Of a DNA stretch of 64,000 bases, positions 1-11,089 are shown piece after piece. The notes beneath the pieces are model-generated. The model ran no database searches and had not been told where the DNA came from. It saw only the letters and a list, made by a program, of their open reading frames with translations. The position numbers and the translations under genes were made by a program. Origin of the DNA: Nemertoderma westbladi (Eukaryota; Animalia; Xenacoelomorpha); contig JAUCBJ010005675.1 in NCBI GenBank assembly GCA_032718475.1, positions 1 through 64,000 on the forward strand, given 5' to 3'. Within the stretch, counting starts at the first letter, position 1. Each line of letters starts with the position of its first letter.

Positions 1-648
1 TGTGACTCACGCCATCGCTATTATCCCGGACGCGCCTACGAAGGAGTTTATGCGTTCCATCCATATTTGTTTGCCTCCATCGAGCAGAAATCGCGCCTAT
101 CAAGTTATGAACTATTGAAGCGCGTTGGAGAATGTATTTCAACCAAATATGTATGTAAATTTCTCAGGAGCATTAATCCGAGTGACATCCAGTCTTACAA
201 CTTAATAAACTTTATCCGTCAGGACCCTGCCTATGGAGACTTTTTCGTCAACTCACACCCTGAGTTACAAGAAGTATATCGACGGCCTTACGAGTATCGA
301 GCCCGCGAACGCGAGTTAGAAAGAACCATTAAACCAAGGAAGTTTCTAACTGCCTATGGTCCACCCACGGCCCTCGTTCAGACCACTCGTAAAGGACCCG
401 TAAGAGCGGCTGTCTTGAAACGAGCTCTCAAAGCCGTTAGACCCCTCTCCCCTGACGTTGATGTCAATCAACCCGGTACTTCGACCGGCGGATATACCGA
501 TCGCAATCCCATACCTTCTGATGCAATCATATTGCACCCTTCACCCAGGAGTTATAGCCCTCCTAGTAAAGTGGCTCGCCCCAAAGAGAAAAGGACTCTC
601 GCTAGCTTCAAAAAACTGCGTAAACGCCGTCCGCGCAAGAAAGACTAA
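1..648 (+). CDS. 3' part of an unidentified ORF, open from the window start, with a basic Pro/Ser/Arg-rich C-terminus; probably mobile-element encoded
   Basis: Frame 1 has no stop from position 1 to TAA at 648. It ends ...KKLRKRRPRKKD, has no introns and contains no recognised domain. Confidence 0.4.
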   Translation, partial: CDSRHRYYPGRAYEGVYAFHPYLFASIEQKSRLSSYELLKRVGECISTKYVCKFLRSINPSDIQSYNLINFIRQDPAYGDFFVNSHPELQEVYRRPYEYRARERELERTIKPRKFLTAYGPPTALVQTTRKGPVRAAVLKRALKAVRPLSPDVDVNQPGTSTGGYTDRNPIPSDAIILHPSPRSYSPPSKVARPKEKRTLASFKKLRKRRPRKKD

Positions 649-649
649 C

Positions 650-1393
650 TGTTTAGAGTATTTTTGTATTTTAGAAACTGTGATTTTGTATATTTTATAG
701 ACTTAAATCCCATTTTCTGGGAGCGGTGTAAAAGCTTTTGTGGGATAACTGATACGTTTGCCTTTGCTGGCCAGTTCCCCCCCAGGCGCTGGAATACTCT
801 AAAAAGGTTTTCTAACTGTATATATATTCCCCTCGCCCGCAAGGTACCTTTACAGGTGTTTTAACGGACATAAAAATCATTCTGCTATATACGTGTTTTG
901 GCGGACATGGTAAGGCAAAAAACTTGTAATGCACCAACTACCTTTCACAGCTTAGCCGTGATGATTCATATTACGACATCTAGCAGCTGGTTGCTGACAT
1001 GGAAACAGCCATTAGATGCATGGTTCTTTGTTTGGCTTGGGCCAATCAGGGCGGTTTTTCCTGTCGACGTGTAGCTTTTCTGCCGATCATAAGGAGAGTG
1101 TTCAGTCTTACTGTTTTTTCTTGATACTTGTTGTTATTGCTGTCTAAGCCAGAAACACCGGCATTTTTGGATAGATACTGCTGTACCGTAAACTGCTTGA
1201 ATTATCGAAAGTATAAACTGTTACCTGACTTAAATCACTCATCTCACCTTGATACTTTTAATTGCATTAATCATATTGTTTGTACTGTTATTTTACCGTC
1301 AGTTATTAATTGTAAATATTTGTTGATGGAAATATTGCTATTTGGATAATACGGATAAATCACCCAATTCCCAATTTTCTTGATAACACTACA
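650..1393 (+). mobile_element. possible LTR (TGT...ACA) directly downstream of the 1-648 ORF
   Basis: Starts TGT right after the stop codon and can end ...cactACA at 1393. Contains CCAAT (~1042), a TATA-like CATAAG (~1088) and TCAGT (~1102). There is no partner LTR in the window. Confidence 0.25.
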
Positions 1394-1941
1394 GGTTAGA
1401 GAGACCGGCTATACATAACAATTGCGATTTATATTAATGTGGTGTGTATTGAATCCAATGTTATTTAGCAGACCCTACGTGAGTCAATTACTGCTCTCTT
1501 TATGTGTGATCAAATATACTGACTGTCGGCAGAATAGTGTGTATGATTGTGATTGGTAACAAAGTATTTCCTAAAGAATACGCTTTATACTTTAATCATA
1601 AGCAGTATCGTTGCGTTTTAGTATAAGTCTTAGTTCTGTTTAAATAGATAAAGCGCCACGTCCTAAAGGAACTGTTAATATTTCCCGAAAGCCAATAATA
1701 TCTGTCAGAGATTAATTATTAACGATCTATCGAATAATATAGTAGGTATACACTGCAACCTTACACTGTAATAATCCAATTCAAGGATCCGAATTCAGTC
1801 TCCCGGGTGTAGATCCATCGGGTGAATGATCGCGCATGGGCTGACTTCGGCTAATGTTTTGCGTATTAGCATAAATTATTGTCGTATGCTAAAGTGGTTT
1901 TAATTAACTAAAAGACATATAAAATTTGGCAGGTTAAACTG

Positions 1942-2643
1942 CTAAAGGTCTTCAAAAGCGCGAACATCATCAGGTATCGCAACACGACGAAGTAAAGCTA
2001 AACCAAAGTCATTAATATATTGATTTTCTATTATATTAGTAGTCACGTACATGTTCGACTTAGGTTCTGGAATAGAATTGGGTGGTTGAGGGCATAAAAA
2101 TACCATCTGGTAAGCTTTGTCTCCATTTCCGATAACCTTTATTAAATAACCCTTTATATTATTATTTTTCGTCTTCAAAATAATTTTAAAATTTGGATTT
2201 AAATTCGCGCCGAGATTATTTTCAGTAATTCCAAAATAATAGGCTAATTGTTGACCTATAAATAACTCTCGCACCGCTTTCCCTAAAATAAATTGCAACC
2301 TATTTTGCTGAGTATTTTCAACTATTTGTAATTTATCTTTCAACGCCCCCGTGTTAAAATAATCTATAATGTCATTGATACTGTAGAACAAACCGGATGG
2401 AAGTGTATCCTCAAAATTTTTTTTCCCTTTTTTTAATAAAATAACATTCTCTACATTGTTATACATTGACGGCAACGTTGCTAAGTAAAATATACTTTTT
2501 ATACCTACCACCCAGTTTTCGTTTGGGTTTATAGGTAAGGCGCCATGGAAATTGATCTGATAACTACTAGCAGAATTACGCGGAAAATCAACTGGACAGG
2601 AGTTACTCAGTAGTCTTACGTAGAATTCATCCATCACCGCCAC
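1942..2643 (-). CDS. Polinton minor capsid (penton)-like protein, copy 2, C-terminus apparently truncated
   Basis: N-terminal FYVRLLSNSCPVDFPRNSASSY..WVVGI and C-terminal MYVTTNIIENQYIND...LLRRV, parallel to the neighbouring penton-like ORF. Confidence 0.65.
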   Translation of the reverse strand: MAVMDEFYVRLLSNSCPVDFPRNSASSYQINFHGALPINPNENWVVGIKSIFYLATLPSMYNNVENVILLKKGKKNFEDTLPSGLFYSINDIIDYFNTGALKDKLQIVENTQQNRLQFILGKAVRELFIGQQLAYYFGITENNLGANLNPNFKIILKTKNNNIKGYLIKVIGNGDKAYQMVFLCPQPPNSIPEPKSNMYVTTNIIENQYINDFGLALLRRVAIPDDVRAFEDL

Positions 2644-3499
2644 CCCGTATTAACTTAAGTGTTATAACAGTGCGACCTCCGCTAAAATTAATTAATTCGC
2701 CTTGTCCGTCACGTAAAGTAATTAAGATTGTTTTTAGTTTTTTATTCAACAATGGGTAATAGCAAATGCTCTCGTATTCGTGATTAATATATTTTCGATT
2801 TAATTGCGTTAAAGGGCAGGTTCTTAAGAGCGGAGCTAAAGCGTCACCAACAAATGAACTTTTAATAATATCAGTATATATGAAAATTGTATCTTTATTA
2901 CGTGTTATATTCGTGGGAGCTGGAAAATCTAAAATGCCAATTTCCGAAATTTTTGGTCCGCTATAATTTAAAATTAATATCGGCTGTTCTATATTGCTTA
3001 ATTCATCTACTGTAGTGGTACTGTATATATCCCAATTCGGAATACCTGGTTGATTCCGATCCAATAACGGTTTTAAGCCTAGAATTTGTATTAAATCACC
3101 ACGTAGACTTAATTGTATTTTTTTCAACTTTTTAGGAAATTTAAATTTAATTCTAGAATTATTTGTATTAAAAATGAATTCGAAATCTCTATATTTCGCT
3201 TCAGAATTAAACAGTTTATTTATATCATCAATAATCACTTGAATAGAGCTATGCATACCACGAAATAAACTATATAATTTGGCATCTTTTGCATCTACCC
3301 CGATTGACAGCGAGATTTGAGTTTGCAGTGTAATATTACTGTATGTTGCTTGGTATTGAAGCTCAGCCAAACCAATTTTAGCGTTTGGACCAATATATAA
3401 TTCTTCGGCTAAATCAACAGTAAACTCACTAGGATTATTATTGGGGTAAGTGTTTAATGAGCTATCTGAAAGTAGAGTGATATATGTATCTGTGGCCAT
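2627..3499 (-). CDS. Polinton minor capsid (penton)-like protein, copy 1
   Basis: YITLLSDSSLNTYPNNNPSEFTVDL...IGLAEL and IFIYTDII..SFVGDALAPLLR...YYPL...ITLRDGQGELINF.GGRTVITL, motifs typical of Polinton minor capsid proteins. Confidence 0.8.
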   Translation of the reverse strand: MATDTYITLLSDSSLNTYPNNNPSEFTVDLAEELYIGPNAKIGLAELQYQATYSNITLQTQISLSIGVDAKDAKLYSLFRGMHSSIQVIIDDINKLFNSEAKYRDFEFIFNTNNSRIKFKFPKKLKKIQLSLRGDLIQILGLKPLLDRNQPGIPNWDIYSTTTVDELSNIEQPILILNYSGPKISEIGILDFPAPTNITRNKDTIFIYTDIIKSSFVGDALAPLLRTCPLTQLNRKYINHEYESICYYPLLNKKLKTILITLRDGQGELINFSGGRTVITLKLIRGGGDG

Positions 3500-3512
3500 T
3501 ATTATTATTATT

Positions 3513-3516
<4 letters not shown>

Positions 3517-3560
<44 letters not shown>
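3517..3560. repeat. (CT)n microsatellite
   Basis: Pure CT dinucleotide run. Confidence 0.95.
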
Positions 3561-3564
<4 letters not shown>

Positions 3565-3781
3565 GACTCCATTGTACATACAGTACAGTATAATGTTAAA
3601 TTATAGACATCTGTGACCACGTTCATTGTCGCTTCTACAATATATGTGAGGGATCAATATTTTACTGGCTTTAATTAAAGCGAATGAACTATAGTATAGT
3701 AATATCATTCGAGTTAATATTGATTGATTAATTACGGTCATATGCGACCAAAATGAATTAATATACAGTATAAACCTAAAC

Positions 3782-4859
3782 TTATTGAATATGCTGTACC
3801 CACGACTGTTTCTTGGATCCGATGAATCGGACTAAATATTCTTTCTTCCCATTGCGTACACGTTCTTTAAGTTTGCCAATATTTTTGTCAATTGGAAGAT
3901 AAATATTACTATTCGGGTGAACCTTTTGGAGTTTGTATGAATAAAATGAGCCATTTATTATAGCTCCAGCGCTGTCCTTAATATCGAACATCTCTATCCA
4001 ACCTGACACGATGAATAATAAATAATTCACGTGTCCATTGTTCTCGATAGCCTTTAGCAAAAGCAGTACGAGCGATAGATAATCGTACTGTATCTCCAAC
4101 TTTAAATTTTATTTTCTTGTGATTAATCTGTCTATATTTCCCATATAATCTATTCATTAATTCAGTTTCATTAAATTTATTAACTTCAATAGGTGTCATT
4201 TGTATTGTCCTATGATATGACCTATTATAAGCATAAATGAGCTTTGGTAAAATTTTAATCCAAACATTATTTCCCCGTTGCGTGAAAATTTTGAACATCT
4301 TTGTTTTTAATGTTCTATTGAATCTCTCGACAATAGCCGCCTTATTCACAGAATACATTACGTAATACTGTATACCTAACGTATCTAAATATTTTCTTAC
4401 AGATTTATTTAGAAACTCAGACCCTTGATCAGTCACGATTCTGTTTGGTTTTCCTTTCTGGAATATTTTTTGCAATATACTAATAATTTCAATACCCTTT
4501 TTTGTTTTCATACCATAGGCAAAAGCAAGCCTGCTAAAGGCATCAATACATGTTAATATATAGTTATAATTATTATTTTGCGATTTATATTGCTGCATAT
4601 CCACCAGATCTATCATATATATATCTTTTAAGCCTCCCGTAAATATTTTAGATGTTGGATAATGATGTCTACGTGGAGCGTGAAGGGTGTATGTCTTTTG
4701 CCCGCTCAACCATTTCTGGGCTTGTGCTGGTTTGATGTTTGCAGCTTTTGCTAATTTTGAAACACTTGCAAAACCCGCGGGGGATGATGGATCTAAATAA
4801 ATTCTTAACAGTTTTTTGTCTAAGCTTCGGCTTAAAATCGGTTTCATCTTGCGTGGCAT
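3782..4859 (-). pseudogene. Polinton retroviral-like integrase with C-terminal chromodomain-like region, frameshifted near 3990
   Basis: IDLVDM, CIDAFSR, TDQGSEF and AIVERFNRTLK form the DDE core; FKVGDTVR...W..E is present. The C-terminus GSFYSYKLQKV...KKEYLVRFIG lies in the 3782..4099 frame. Confidence 0.88.
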
Positions 4860-5083
4860 CTTTTCGACAACCGCAAGTAATATGTATATTCAAATCTCTT
4901 ATAAAGGGCATCACCGTAAGAACAACTGAAATTTTTTAATTATTTTCTTTGAAGTTGATGTTTTAAAGGGTTTTCTTTTTGTAGTATTTACTCTAGGTAT
5001 ATCTTGTGGTTTTAAATCAGTAGCTAACGGTTTACTCGATACTAAATATAATTTTATAAATGTTACTCCTGTTTTAACCATTA

Positions 5084-5458
5084 TTACCGTCCACGGTTAA
5101 TTTTTTTCGCAATAGCTGCTCCAGCGGCGGCGGCTCCAGCAAGTTTCGCACCAATGCCGAGTAAGGGTATTAGAAACGGTAGTATACCTCCAGATTGATT
5201 GCTTAACTTTTTTCTGTAACTTGATATATTTTTTGTTTTACGGTTGAGTGATTTCAATACCTTCTTATAGCGGCGAATATTTCTAAATGAATGAGGGGTT
5301 AATTGTACGTTACCTTTTAGAACATTTAATGCAGTATTTACAATGAGCCGTATTAATTCGTTACTCGCGGTATGGTTAATAAAATAAGTTCTTTGTTGAG
5401 GGGTAGCGCTGCGTAGAAATTCCAGTTCGTTACGATATTTCTGCACAAGTCTATTCAT
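5084..5458 (-). CDS. small basic Polinton core-like protein (adenovirus pX/pVII-like)
   Basis: Basic 124-aa ORF with QSGG|ILPFLIPLLG, resembling a viral protease cleavage site followed by a hydrophobic tail, as in Polinton core proteins. Confidence 0.65.
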   Translation of the reverse strand: MNRLVQKYRNELEFLRSATPQQRTYFINHTASNELIRLIVNTALNVLKGNVQLTPHSFRNIRRYKKVLKSLNRKTKNISSYRKKLSNQSGGILPFLIPLLGIGAKLAGAAAAGAAIAKKINRGR

Positions 5459-5495
5459 TGTTGCAACATTATTGAAAATTGTTACAAAATATTAA

Positions 5496-6122
5496 TTATT
5501 TATCATTATTATTATTATTATTTTCGCTACGTTTATAGTCAATGTAATTTTTAATGTAACAATTATGATTACGAAATATATCCGATCTAAATCTTAAATG
5601 TTCGGGTGTTTCCTGTCGTAAATCAATTAAGAAATGCGAAAATGGTTCAATAGCCGCATTTTGATAGGAATCTACTAAAAATTTGGTCTGCCCAGGTAAC
5701 ATCTGCTTCGCGAAATTTAAAACCGATAGACTGTCTCGCGGATTTTTCATTAATACTAAGGTATGGCTATTAATTGATCTTGTGCGGTTATGCTTCCCAC
5801 CGTAAAACATGTTTTGCGTTATAAAACAAATAAATATATTGGAATGATGAGCTACCTTAGTAAACAATACAGTTAAAGCTGTACTGGACTCAGTTTCTGT
5901 TAATAAATCATCTATAATTAATAAATCTCGACTATTCACTAAACTATCTATATTTTCTGGCAAACCTTTGTAAAGGTGAGTAATACCGGGAATAGTCGGG
6001 GGATTGCTCCCGTAACAATACAATACTCGCAGGGGGGCTTCGTTGAAACAACCATTCTTGTGTTTAATTAAATTACTGACAAACGTTGATTTTCCAGAAC
6101 CAGATGGGCCAGAAATTATCAT
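5496..6122 (-). CDS. A32/FtsK-like genome packaging ATPase (Polinton type), 5' end possibly clipped
   Basis: Walker A GPSGSGKS, Walker B LLIIDD, then FITQN, RSINSH, KNPRD and FLIDL...RFR. Confidence 0.9.
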   Translation of the reverse strand: MIISGPSGSGKSTFVSNLIKHKNGCFNEAPLRVLYCYGSNPPTIPGITHLYKGLPENIDSLVNSRDLLIIDDLLTETESSTALTVLFTKVAHHSNIFICFITQNMFYGGKHNRTRSINSHTLVLMKNPRDSLSVLNFAKQMLPGQTKFLVDSYQNAAIEPFSHFLIDLRQETPEHLRFRSDIFRNHNCYIKNYIDYKRSENNNNNNDK

Positions 6123-6547
6123 ACTCTTTAATTATGGGCGGGGGGGGGGGGGGGGTGTCACTGAATTACGACACTATATTCTGGAACATGGTGTATATCT
6201 TGAGATATCATATCGAGATAGTATCTATGGAAACTAATGAACTAATTAAAATTTATTTTATTTTATTCGATACAGTAATTTTTACTTTGATGTTAATCAA
6301 ACATAAGGAATACATTACTTAAAGAACTATGTTTCACAAAGTAGTTACTATTTCGTCAGTCAGCTGGCTGGAATTGTGAAATTGACATAAATTTCAAAGA
6401 TGCGCTGCTTGATTTCATACGCTGTCAAAAGTCAACCGTTCTTAGTATAGGAACTTAACACAATCTTTATGCAAACAGAATCAATCACATTAACTCGAAA
6501 GACTTTGAACTTGCCAAACTCGCCACGACCTACCATACATTACCAAC

Positions 6548-8979
6548 ATGCCAAGAGAGGTGCCTAAATTTCCTATTTTGCAACCAGCAGGGTTCCCAAC
6601 CCCACATACGCAACCAAGAGAGCGAGAGCTACCAGCTCCCCTTGTGCAACCATAAGGGCTTATAATTCCTCTAATGCAACCAAGAGAGCGTGTGCTACCA
6701 GCTCCCCTTGTTCAACCAGAAGGGCTTCTAACTCCTCTAATACAACCAAGAGAGCGAGAGCCACCAGCACTCGTTATGCAACTGGGAGTGCATCCAATTC
6801 CTCTCATGCAACCACCACGAGGGCTTCTATCTCCCGCCATGCAACCAAGATGGCTTATTCTACCTCCAGTAAAAACAACCAAGAGAGCTTCCAACTACCT
6901 ATATACAACCAGGAGGGCTTCTATCTCCCATCATGCAACCAAGTGAGCTTCAAACTCCAGTTATACAACCGAGAGAGCTTCCAACTACCTATGTGCAACC
7001 AGGAGGGCTTCTATCTCCCTTTATGCAACCAAGTGAGCTTCAAACTCCAGTTATACAACCGAGAGAGCTTCCAACTACCTATATGCAACCAGGAGGGCTT
7101 CTATCTCCCATCATGCAACCAAGATGGCTTATTCCAACTCCAGTTATAAAACCGACAGAGCTTCCAACTACCTATATGCAACCAGGAGGGCTTCTATCTC
7201 CCATCATGCAACCAAGATGGCTTATTCCAACTCCAGTTATACAACCGAGAGAGCTTCCAACTACCTATGTGCAACCAGGAGGGCTTCTATCTCCCTTCAT
7301 GCAACCAGGTACACCTCCAGTTATACAACCGAGAGATATTTCAACTACTTATATACAACCTGGAGGGCTTCTCTCTCCCACCATGCAACCAAGTGAGCTT
7401 CAAACTCCTTATACGCCACCATTGGGACTTCCAACTCACTATATGCAACCAGGAGTAGAACATAGTCAACAATTCTTTATGCCACTACACCCTATCAGTA
7501 TTCAACAGGAGGGACTGCGTCAAGCCATCACCCAAACACACCCAAACGCTCTTATTAGGCAAACAGAATGTCCGCCAAGGCAGTGGTGTCCACCACAGCG
7601 GGACATGTTGGAAGAGAACAAAACATACCATGGTCGGTGTGATTCTTTTAATGTTGATGAACAACATGGGTACATAGAACCGGATATCGGTAAGATAGCT
7701 GTGCCTTTTTTTCAGTCAAAAGTTCATATTGATGGATACCACAAAATTCTGAAGGAGGGTGACGCTGTTATATTTCAATGCGAAATTAGAAAATATAGAA
7801 ATGATATAAATGTTTATGGAGCAACATGGGTTAGTGTTCCAGGATGTAATTATTGCGGCTCATATAGATATAAACTTCCTAACATAATTAGAGGAGACCA
7901 TAACTTATACCGGCCGTTGTACATACTATAATGATAATGATAAATATGGATATACTATTCCATTTGATAAAAAAAATTACATGGAACTTTGTGATGGAAC
8001 TTTGCCACACAATATACTTTCGTGATAATAACATCCATGTTAATAAGAGATGCCGTATCCTGTCTATTCAAGTCAGAAAGCTTTTATTCCAGTATAGTTA
8101 TAATAATCCAGTAGGTTGTCGAAAGGACACATGTGTTACAATAGAGGATGATGATTCATGTGAGGTAGCTAAAAATATTAACCTTAACCAAGTTGGAGAA
8201 AGCAAACGTGTGCAAAGACAAACAGATAAGTATGATATGATAGAGGATGGTAAAACATACACAGGACAAGTGGGTATCGTTATGCCACAGGTGTTACAAT
8301 AGAGGATGATGATTCATGTGAGGTAGCTAAAAATATTAACCTTAACAAAGATGGAGAATGCAAACGGATAAGTAACATAATCGATAAATGTTATATGCTA
8401 GTGGATGATAAAACATACAAAGGACAAGTAAAATTACTTTCGAAAGATGAGAGTTATTGGTTTACTGTACCGATAATAAGCGGATTGACACTTTGCCGTT
8501 GTTATTCTTCATTAACTGTGCCTTCTAACATGCACATTAATGGACTCCAAAAGATGCTGAAACATGATGACTTCGTTAGATTCCAGATGCACTCTTATTA
8601 TTTACTCACCAGACGAGAAGAAGCCTTAGTGGTTACCGTGGAGGGAGACTTTAAATGCAGGGCCGCACGGATGGTAAACAGGAACACAAATAGTATTGAA
8701 GAAAACAAACCACACAATATTGAAGATGTCCAGTCCATACCTTGTATGAGGAAAGAACATATACTGGCATTTACAGTTGTAAATTATTCAAGAATGAAGC
8801 AGATTATGGATATATAATTCCAAAAATTAATGAGAATTTACTGTGTAGATGTTTCAGAATATTAGTTAATCGGGAAATTTATGAATAAAGAGGAAAAGTT
8901 AGTAATGAAAACCCAATTTCGATTCCGATTTGACGAAATAAAAAAACGAAGGATAGCAACATCGGTCCAGGTCATTTAA
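6548..8979 (+). pseudogene. intronless, frameshifted gene: Pro/Gln 10-aa repeat region followed by about three divergent cold-shock (OB-fold) domains
   Basis: CSD1 TYHGRCDSFNVDEQHGYIEPD...HIDGYHKILKEGDAVIF...ATWVSVPG; CSD2 TYKGQVKLL...HINGLQKMLKHDDFVRF; CSD3 in an unlisted frame from ~8755, TYTGIYSCKLFKNEADYGYIIPK. Stops and frameshifts separate the segments. Confidence 0.6.
6580..7455 (+). repeat. coding minisatellite of 30-33-bp units (xQPxxLxxPx) arranged in ~90-bp higher-order repeats
   Basis: Recurrent atgcaacc / atacaacc; protein units MQPSELQTPV-IQPRELPTTY-MQPGGLLSPI. Confidence 0.9.
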
Positions 8980-9484
8980 ATGGAAGAGGATAAACATATA
9001 TACGACAAATGTGCACATATATGAGTAATCTAAATTTTCATAAAATATAAGATAATTAAATATGATTTTGGCGATATATTATTGCTTATGATATGATATG
9101 TTATATTGTTGCTAGTTGTTGTATCTCCATACCTCTTTTTACATACTTTTTTTTTATTTATACCGAATACCTTTTTATCGAAATTTACTTGCCTCCCATC
9201 TCAAGGGGGGACTTTACCTTATAAGAGACACCTCCAGTTTTTGGATGATTAAAAAGTGTTTTGTTTGTATATATAGATTGAAATTATATATATATTTATT
9301 TGAAGTTCTTGTGATATTTTTCAAAGCAAAAATGAAATTTGAATTTCCCACCAATTTTATTCAAATTTTCTGAAAAAAATGGTAGCATATTTTAAAATGT
9401 TTCTACTCAGTCATTTTTTACTACTACTACTACTAGGATCGGCATGGTGCATTTCAGCTGCATTATATATATATTACATATATA

Positions 9485-9880
9485 TTAAAAATGATATGTC
9501 GGCTTGTCTACAAAATTGCGCCGCCACAACTCCCTATCACTCATGACATTTGCTAGATCATCCGCATATTCAAGGTCAGTGTCCTTTAAGATGCGTCTCA
9601 AGAAAATCATGGGCTGTCCACCATGATTATTCACTCCATGAGGCCAACAAAGCACAAGCTTATGCACTGGCTGGTTCTCACGGCGAAAGCAATGTCCTGT
9701 AAAGCGGCGGTGGCTTTGTTCTAGTGTCAAGCTTGGGGTAACCAATGAGAGACCCCCAATGTTATATAGTGTCTGGTTGGAGATGTGTGCATTGTACTTG
9801 ACACAGTGAACCCGGCGTATCATTCTTGTCAATGTGCCATCCAGAGATTTGCTGTCTTCAGCAGTTAGAGCCCAGCATGG
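9485..9880 (-). mobile_element. 3' fragment of an RTE-like non-LTR retrotransposon
   Basis: RRFTGHCFRR..QPVHKLV...DRELWR matches the C-terminal RT-thumb region of RTE-like LINEs; followed by a TA-rich tail. Confidence 0.6.
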
Positions 9881-9899
9881 AGCTGGAGTTGGAGGCTAC

Positions 9900-10790
9900 T
9901 CTCATGTTCATTCTTCCTCTACAAACTTGATCTGGGGTCATGGATTAAAGAAGCTGCATTCTGCATCATAATCCATTTCTTCGCTGATGATGTCGTGTTC
10001 TACACTGATTCCCGCAAAACACTCCAGAGGGGACTTGATGCTCTTTCTAAGTGGTCCAAATGGACTCGAAGTTAACCTCACAAAAACAGAGGTGATTAAA
10101 TTGCAACGAGGCGGTGGTCGCCTTGCTCGTCCCGACTCCTACAATTATCGCGGCAATCGAGTCAATATCACTAATATGTATACATCTCGGAGTGACCTTA
10201 ACACCACCTCTATCATTCTCGAAGCGCATTTCAATCAAAACCTGCAAAGCATTAAAAAGGGAATCCATTCAATTAAAAATTCCCACAGTCTCTCACTTAA
10301 AACAGCAGCCGAACTGTTTGATATCAAAATAAGACCAATAATCCGTTTCGCCATTCAAACATACTGGGCATGCCTCCTCACGCCAACAAACTTTGAAAAA
10401 TTATACAAAATTAAAGCGGTTTGCATGAACGCTGCATGTGTCTCCATAAATCGACACAAAACCGACTTGCTCTCACCCTTCATCTACATGAACCCTTCTG
10501 TGCTGTGTCGAATCTCGGCTTACATTAAATCTACCCAGAACATTGGCCTATGAACAATACATCGAACTCCAAGCGACTAAAATGGCCGAAATTCCTCCTG
10601 AATTCTGGCAATCACCGGGTTTTACAAACAGAAGCTGGACAGAGTCCAACCAACCCCTACGCCAAGTGACAACCCGCTTTAGTTGCCATGGGTTCCACCA
10701 CTTGATCTGTTGTACAACGGGATATCATGCCCCAGACATTGACTGTAGGTGCCGTCTGTGTGGGGATACCGCCATGGGGGTGGTGTAAGT
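9900..10790 (+). mobile_element. degenerate 3' fragment of a LINE reverse transcriptase
   Basis: F.ADD motif near 9980, NGLEVNLTKTEVI, KIRPIIRFAIQTYW and a C-terminal Cys/His cluster (HHLIC...CRCRLCG); frameshifted. Confidence 0.6.
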
Positions 10791-11089
10791 TAATTTGCAA
10801 CGAATGAAAATTAAAATTGCACTGACTTAAATTAAAAAGGTTCAACTATGCATGTATTAGTAATAATTTATATTAATGAAAAATTTTTATTTACTCATGA
10901 GAAAAAATGTAGACTTTTTTTCACTATTATCTAGGCATTTTATTTACCAACCGCGAGCGATGTTAATAAAGGGTCGAGAGAATATATTATAGTACATAGA
11001 ATAGGTACTTTTTTGTCGCTCAATTCGGTTAAATCCGAGTAAAAGAAAAAGCGATATACTGTAGTATTACAAAATAAATTGAACTGTGC

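Larger units (their letters stand above)
1942..6131 (-). mobile_element. decayed Polinton/Maverick (adintovirus-like) endogenous element, morphogenesis/integrase block
   Basis: Co-oriented, compact, intronless AT-rich ORFs: packaging ATPase, core-like protein, rve integrase with chromodomain, and two penton-like ORFs. No pPolB, major capsid or protease gene is visible. Confidence 0.85.
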
